Below, piece by piece: positions 60,727 through 64,000 of a stretch of DNA of 64,000 nt (position 1 is its first letter; every line of letters begins with the position of its first letter). The position numbers and the translations under genes were made by a program. The notes beneath the pieces are model-generated. The model made no database searches and was not told where the DNA came from. It saw nothing but the letters and a program-made list of their open reading frames with translations. The stretch comes from Candidatus Methanomethylicia archaeon (GTDB taxonomy: Archaea; Thermoproteota; Methanomethylicia; CALHIW01). Where the stretch lies: the NCBI GenBank assembly GCA_038845975.1, contig JAWBQF010000010.1, positions 4,195-68,194 of the forward strand. Reading direction: 5' to 3'.

Positions 60727-60775
60727 CATGTAAATGAGAATAAATATATATTGGAGTTATTTTAATTAATGCTAT

Positions 60776-62248
60776 ATGGCTACTAATTATGGTTCAATCG
60801 CTAAGGAAATAGCTGATATTATTGGTGCTGATAAGGTTTTTACTGAAGTCCATGAACGTATAGCTTACAGTAGGGATTGGAGTGTTAGACCCTTTAATGA
60901 GTTAAGTCTCCCTGATATTGTTGTCCGTCCTACATCAACTGAGGAGGTGGCTGCAACTGTAAGAATAGCGTATAAACATGGAGTACCAGTTATACCATGT
61001 GGTGGGTTAACTGGAATGGCTGGTGGAGCTGTTCCAACATTTGGAGGTATTATGATTGATACGCGCGGTATGAATAAAATTTTAGAGCTTGATACTGATA
61101 ACTTAACAGTTACTGTTCAAGCCGGAATAACAATATTTAAGCTTAATAGTGAACTTGAAAAATATGGTTTATGGTTTCCCCATGATCCTGAAAGCAAACA
61201 AGCAGCAACAGTTGGGGCATCTATAGCTACTAGAAACGATTCAACATTTGGTATTAAATATGGTAAAATTGAACAGGCAGTTATAGGCTTAATTTTGGTC
61301 GATGGTACTGGTGAAGTAGTTAGACTTGGACAAAGAAAAACTTTAATATCTTCGTCAGGATATAGATTACACTGGCTTCTAGTAGGGTCTGAGGGAACGC
61401 TTGGCATAATAACTGAGGCAACACTTAGAATATTTCCTAAGCCTAAGGATAGATGTGTAGATATGATAGCATTTAAAACATTTGCTGATGCCGTTAAAGC
61501 AGTTAACAGAATAATTCAGGCAGGATTATCTATTGAATCTGTAAATATTATGTGTAGTAGTAGATTTCAGTATTATACTCATGCATATAAGGTTAAATAT
61601 GGAAAGGAAGCAAAAGTCCCTCCTGAAACAAAGGCTATATTATGTGTAACATTTAACGGCGACGATGAAGTTGTAAACTTCTCAAGAAACTACACTTTGA
61701 AAATATGTAAGGAAATAGGGGGAAAAGTTATTGAAGAGGGGGAAATTGTTAATGCATGGTGGACAAGTAAACACACATTAAATTTTGAACCTGGAAAGCA
61801 AAAATGGCCTGACAGTCAAAGAGTTGAGAGATTTGGAGCAGCTGATGCAAGCATACCTATGGGGAAACTTGATGAGGCATACGAGAAGTTTAAGGAAGTA
61901 GCGTTAAAAAATGGTTTGAAGATTTTAGGCATGAATGTTTATGTTCAAGCCCCATATAGCCTACATACAAGCGTTAGCTTTGCGGTTTATGTTAATGATA
62001 AAGACTTAGATAATATTAAAAGATTTTACAACTATGTAAAAGAAATAGGATTATATGCATTATCCATTGGAGGATCCTCAACAAGCTATCAGGGTGATGG
62101 GGAAAAATATGCTGGAACTCTATGTGAAATCGAGCATAAAGACTCCTTAAAGCTAATATCATCAGTAAAAAGCATATTTGATCCTAAACATATTATGAAC
62201 CCAGGTAAAAAATTTGGGCCATCAAAATGGATTAAAGTAGGTGGCTAA
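60776..62248 (+). CDS. FAD-linked oxidase (GlcD/D-lactate dehydrogenase family)
   Basis: FAD_binding_4-type N-terminal domain (PDIVVRPTSTEEVAATVRIAYKHGVPVIPCGGLTGMAGGA, GSEGTLGIITEATL). 490 aa. Confidence 0.8.
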   Translation: MATNYGSIAKEIADIIGADKVFTEVHERIAYSRDWSVRPFNELSLPDIVVRPTSTEEVAATVRIAYKHGVPVIPCGGLTGMAGGAVPTFGGIMIDTRGMNKILELDTDNLTVTVQAGITIFKLNSELEKYGLWFPHDPESKQAATVGASIATRNDSTFGIKYGKIEQAVIGLILVDGTGEVVRLGQRKTLISSSGYRLHWLLVGSEGTLGIITEATLRIFPKPKDRCVDMIAFKTFADAVKAVNRIIQAGLSIESVNIMCSSRFQYYTHAYKVKYGKEAKVPPETKAILCVTFNGDDEVVNFSRNYTLKICKEIGGKVIEEGEIVNAWWTSKHTLNFEPGKQKWPDSQRVERFGAADASIPMGKLDEAYEKFKEVALKNGLKILGMNVYVQAPYSLHTSVSFAVYVNDKDLDNIKRFYNYVKEIGLYALSIGGSSTSYQGDGEKYAGTLCEIEHKDSLKLISSVKSIFDPKHIMNPGKKFGPSKWIKVGG

Positions 62249-63379
62249 ATGAAAATTGGGAAATATATAGATAACATATATACCTGTAATAGAACTAGAT
62301 GCGGATTCTGTATTGATGAGTGCCCATCATATAGGGAAATAGGAGTTGACTTCTATACTTCAAGAGGAAGACTAATAATTGGTAGGGGATTAATTGAAGG
62401 AATAATTAAGCCATCACCACAAGTTGCAAAAACAGTATATGAATGTACACTATGTGGTTATTGCGAGTACAAATGTGCGCTTGAAAACGTTAAAATCCTT
62501 GAAGCATTAAGAGGAACTATAAAGGAGTCAGGATTTGAACCTGAACAATGCAAATATATTATCGCATCACTACATAATAATGAAAACCCATACATGAAAC
62601 CAAAACGGAATAGAGGACTATGGGTTCGTGGATTAAATGTAAAAAAGAAAGGTAAAACACTATACTTTGCTGGATGTACAGTATCATATTCAAAATATCT
62701 TAAAGGCAATGCTAAAAACATAGTGAAAATACTTCAGAAAATAAGTTTAAACCCAGCTTACCTTGCATCTAGTGAATACTGTTGTGGTGCATTTCTACAC
62801 ATGCTAGGATATGAGGAGGAATTCCAGAAAAGAGTAGAGAAAAACTATAGGGTAATTAGAAATTCCGGATGTGAAACAATAGTAACTTCATGTCCATTCT
62901 GCTATTTAACACTTAAGAAAGAATATAGTGAAATACTTGGAAGCAAATATGATTTTAAAGTATTACACATAACCCAGGTATTGAAAGAATCTATAGATGA
63001 TGGTAGGCTAAATCTAATAGTAGAAATGAATACTACTGTTACCTATCATGATCCATGTCATCTAGGAAGGTTTATGAAGGTTTTCGAGGAGCCTAGAGAA
63101 GTTATTAAAGCAATTCCTGGCATAAACCTTATTGAAATGAGGAAAAATAGATTTGATTCCCACTGCTGTGGAGGTGGAGGAGTACTTCTAGCAATAAATC
63201 CAGATATAGCGTTTTCAATAAATAGTAAAAGACTAAGTGAAGCTATTGAAACAGGAGCTAAAGCTATAGTTTCATCATGTCCAATATGCGTGGAAATGTT
63301 TAAACGTAAAATAAAATATGAAAATATTAAGTTTAAAGCATACGATATAGTAGAGCTTGTAGCTAAAGCAGTAGGATAA
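62249..63379 (+). CDS. Fe-S oxidoreductase with two 4Fe-4S motifs and two CCG domains (GlcF/HdrD-like)
   Basis: CGFCIDECP and CTLCGYCEYKC, followed by CCGA, CPFC, HDPCHLGR, HCCGGGG and CPIC. The start codon abuts the glcD-like stop. Confidence 0.8.
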   Translation: MKIGKYIDNIYTCNRTRCGFCIDECPSYREIGVDFYTSRGRLIIGRGLIEGIIKPSPQVAKTVYECTLCGYCEYKCALENVKILEALRGTIKESGFEPEQCKYIIASLHNNENPYMKPKRNRGLWVRGLNVKKKGKTLYFAGCTVSYSKYLKGNAKNIVKILQKISLNPAYLASSEYCCGAFLHMLGYEEEFQKRVEKNYRVIRNSGCETIVTSCPFCYLTLKKEYSEILGSKYDFKVLHITQVLKESIDDGRLNLIVEMNTTVTYHDPCHLGRFMKVFEEPREVIKAIPGINLIEMRKNRFDSHCCGGGGVLLAINPDIAFSINSKRLSEAIETGAKAIVSSCPICVEMFKRKIKYENIKFKAYDIVELVAKAVG

Positions 63380-63381
63380 CT

Positions 63382-64000
63382 CTATATTCCCTCCTTAAAT
63401 CTCCTATAAGTATCATAGTTAACGTACTGTAGAAACTTGTTTTCAGCCTGATACCTTACATTAAATCTCTCTATTCTAGATCTCTTATCCATTATTTGTG
63501 GTGTAGTTATAAATACATATGCATCACTTCCAGCTCCAGAGCCATAGCTTACTAAAAGTATTCTCTCATATGGCTTCGCTACATCAAAGACTGCCGCTAA
63601 GCCAAGCGGCGAGGATCCAGCATAGATGTTACCAAACCTCCCAACCTGTAATCCTGGAAGATACTGATCCTCTTTAAACCCTAAAATACGTGCAACTCTA
63701 ATTGGAAAAGGTATGTTTGGTTGATGGCATACAAAATACTGAATATCATGTGGTTTTAAATTCATTTTCTCCATTATCTTAGATGCGGCCTTAACAATAT
63801 GTTTAAAATATGCAGGTTCACCTGTAAATCTTCCACCATGGCTTGGATATCGTTGACCATCCCTCCTCCAGAAATCAGCAGTATCAGAGGTCACAGAATA
63901 CCATCCTTCAACTTCAGCTATAACATCATATTTCCCAATTATAAATGCTACTGCACCAAATCCAATAAAGAAGTCAAGCTCACCACTCGGAGAATCTCTA
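63382..64000 (-). CDS. Archaeal hydroxymethylglutaryl-CoA synthase, 5' end outside window
   Basis: TSDTADFWRRDGQRYPSHGGRFTGEPAYF and SYGSGAGSDA are typical of archaeal HMGCS. The frame stays open upstream of the GTG used by the ORF track (…GFGAVAFIIGKYDVIAEVEGWYSVTSDT) to the window edge. Confidence 0.8.
   Translation of the reverse strand, partial: RDSPSGELDFFIGFGAVAFIIGKYDVIAEVEGWYSVTSDTADFWRRDGQRYPSHGGRFTGEPAYFKHIVKAASKIMEKMNLKPHDIQYFVCHQPNIPFPIRVARILGFKEDQYLPGLQVGRFGNIYAGSSPLGLAAVFDVAKPYERILLVSYGSGAGSDAYVFITTPQIMDKRSRIERFNVRYQAENKFLQYVNYDTYRRFKEGI

Noticed and set aside
1-64000. CRISPR array or other regularly spaced direct repeats
   Set aside because: The repeats present are inverted-repeat-bounded elements at irregular positions (3.8, 17.5, 28.9, 41.2, 41.9 and 60.0 kb). 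No repeat-spacer periodicity and no cas genes were seen.

Overview
Visibly AT-rich archaeal chromosomal segment. Evidence for archaeal origin: isopentenyl phosphate kinase, a ThiD-ThiN fusion, Thi4, Cdc48/VCP, FAU-1, TK0185-type ribose-1,5-bisphosphate isomerase, a GC-rich intron-containing tRNA, and GGTGA-type Shine-Dalgarno motifs. It probably comes from a low-GC thermophilic member of the Thermoproteota (inference only). About 53 convincing protein genes are mostly housekeeping or metabolic:
- a TfrAB-like fumarate reductase, class I fumarase and EtfAB
- mevalonate-pathway genes: class II HMG-CoA reductase, IPK, and HMG-CoA synthase at the right edge
- thiamine genes, and a prs plus R15P-isomerase operon
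- topoisomerase IA and Trk K+ uptake plus MscS
- an hsp20-cdc48 stress operon with a divergent ArsR/Phr-like regulator and a nearby AN1-zinc-finger/site-2-protease fusion
- FeoAB with two DtxR-like regulators, and PiT with two PhoU-type proteins
- two large radical-SAM enzymes and a GlcD/GlcF-like pair

The most unusual content is non-coding.
1. Three ~0.7-kb IS6-like elements have 14-bp terminal inverted repeats. Two of them have perfect 8-bp target-site duplications, but none has an intact transposase ORF.
2. A related MITE family occurs as 232-bp and ~50-bp forms sharing an AACTTAAG-containing terminus, also with 8-bp duplications. IS ends sit exactly 8 bp from MITE ends twice.
3. There are many ~0.4-1.6-kb ORF-free intergenic tracts with a recurring GT-rich to AC-rich layout and IS-end-like fragments. 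I interpret these as decayed copies of the same elements.
4. One tRNA has a class I body but can only yield Leu/Ser anticodons however the intron is removed.

No CRISPR array, rRNA, integrase or recognisable defence system was seen. All homology statements come from motif recognition by eye; no searches were run.
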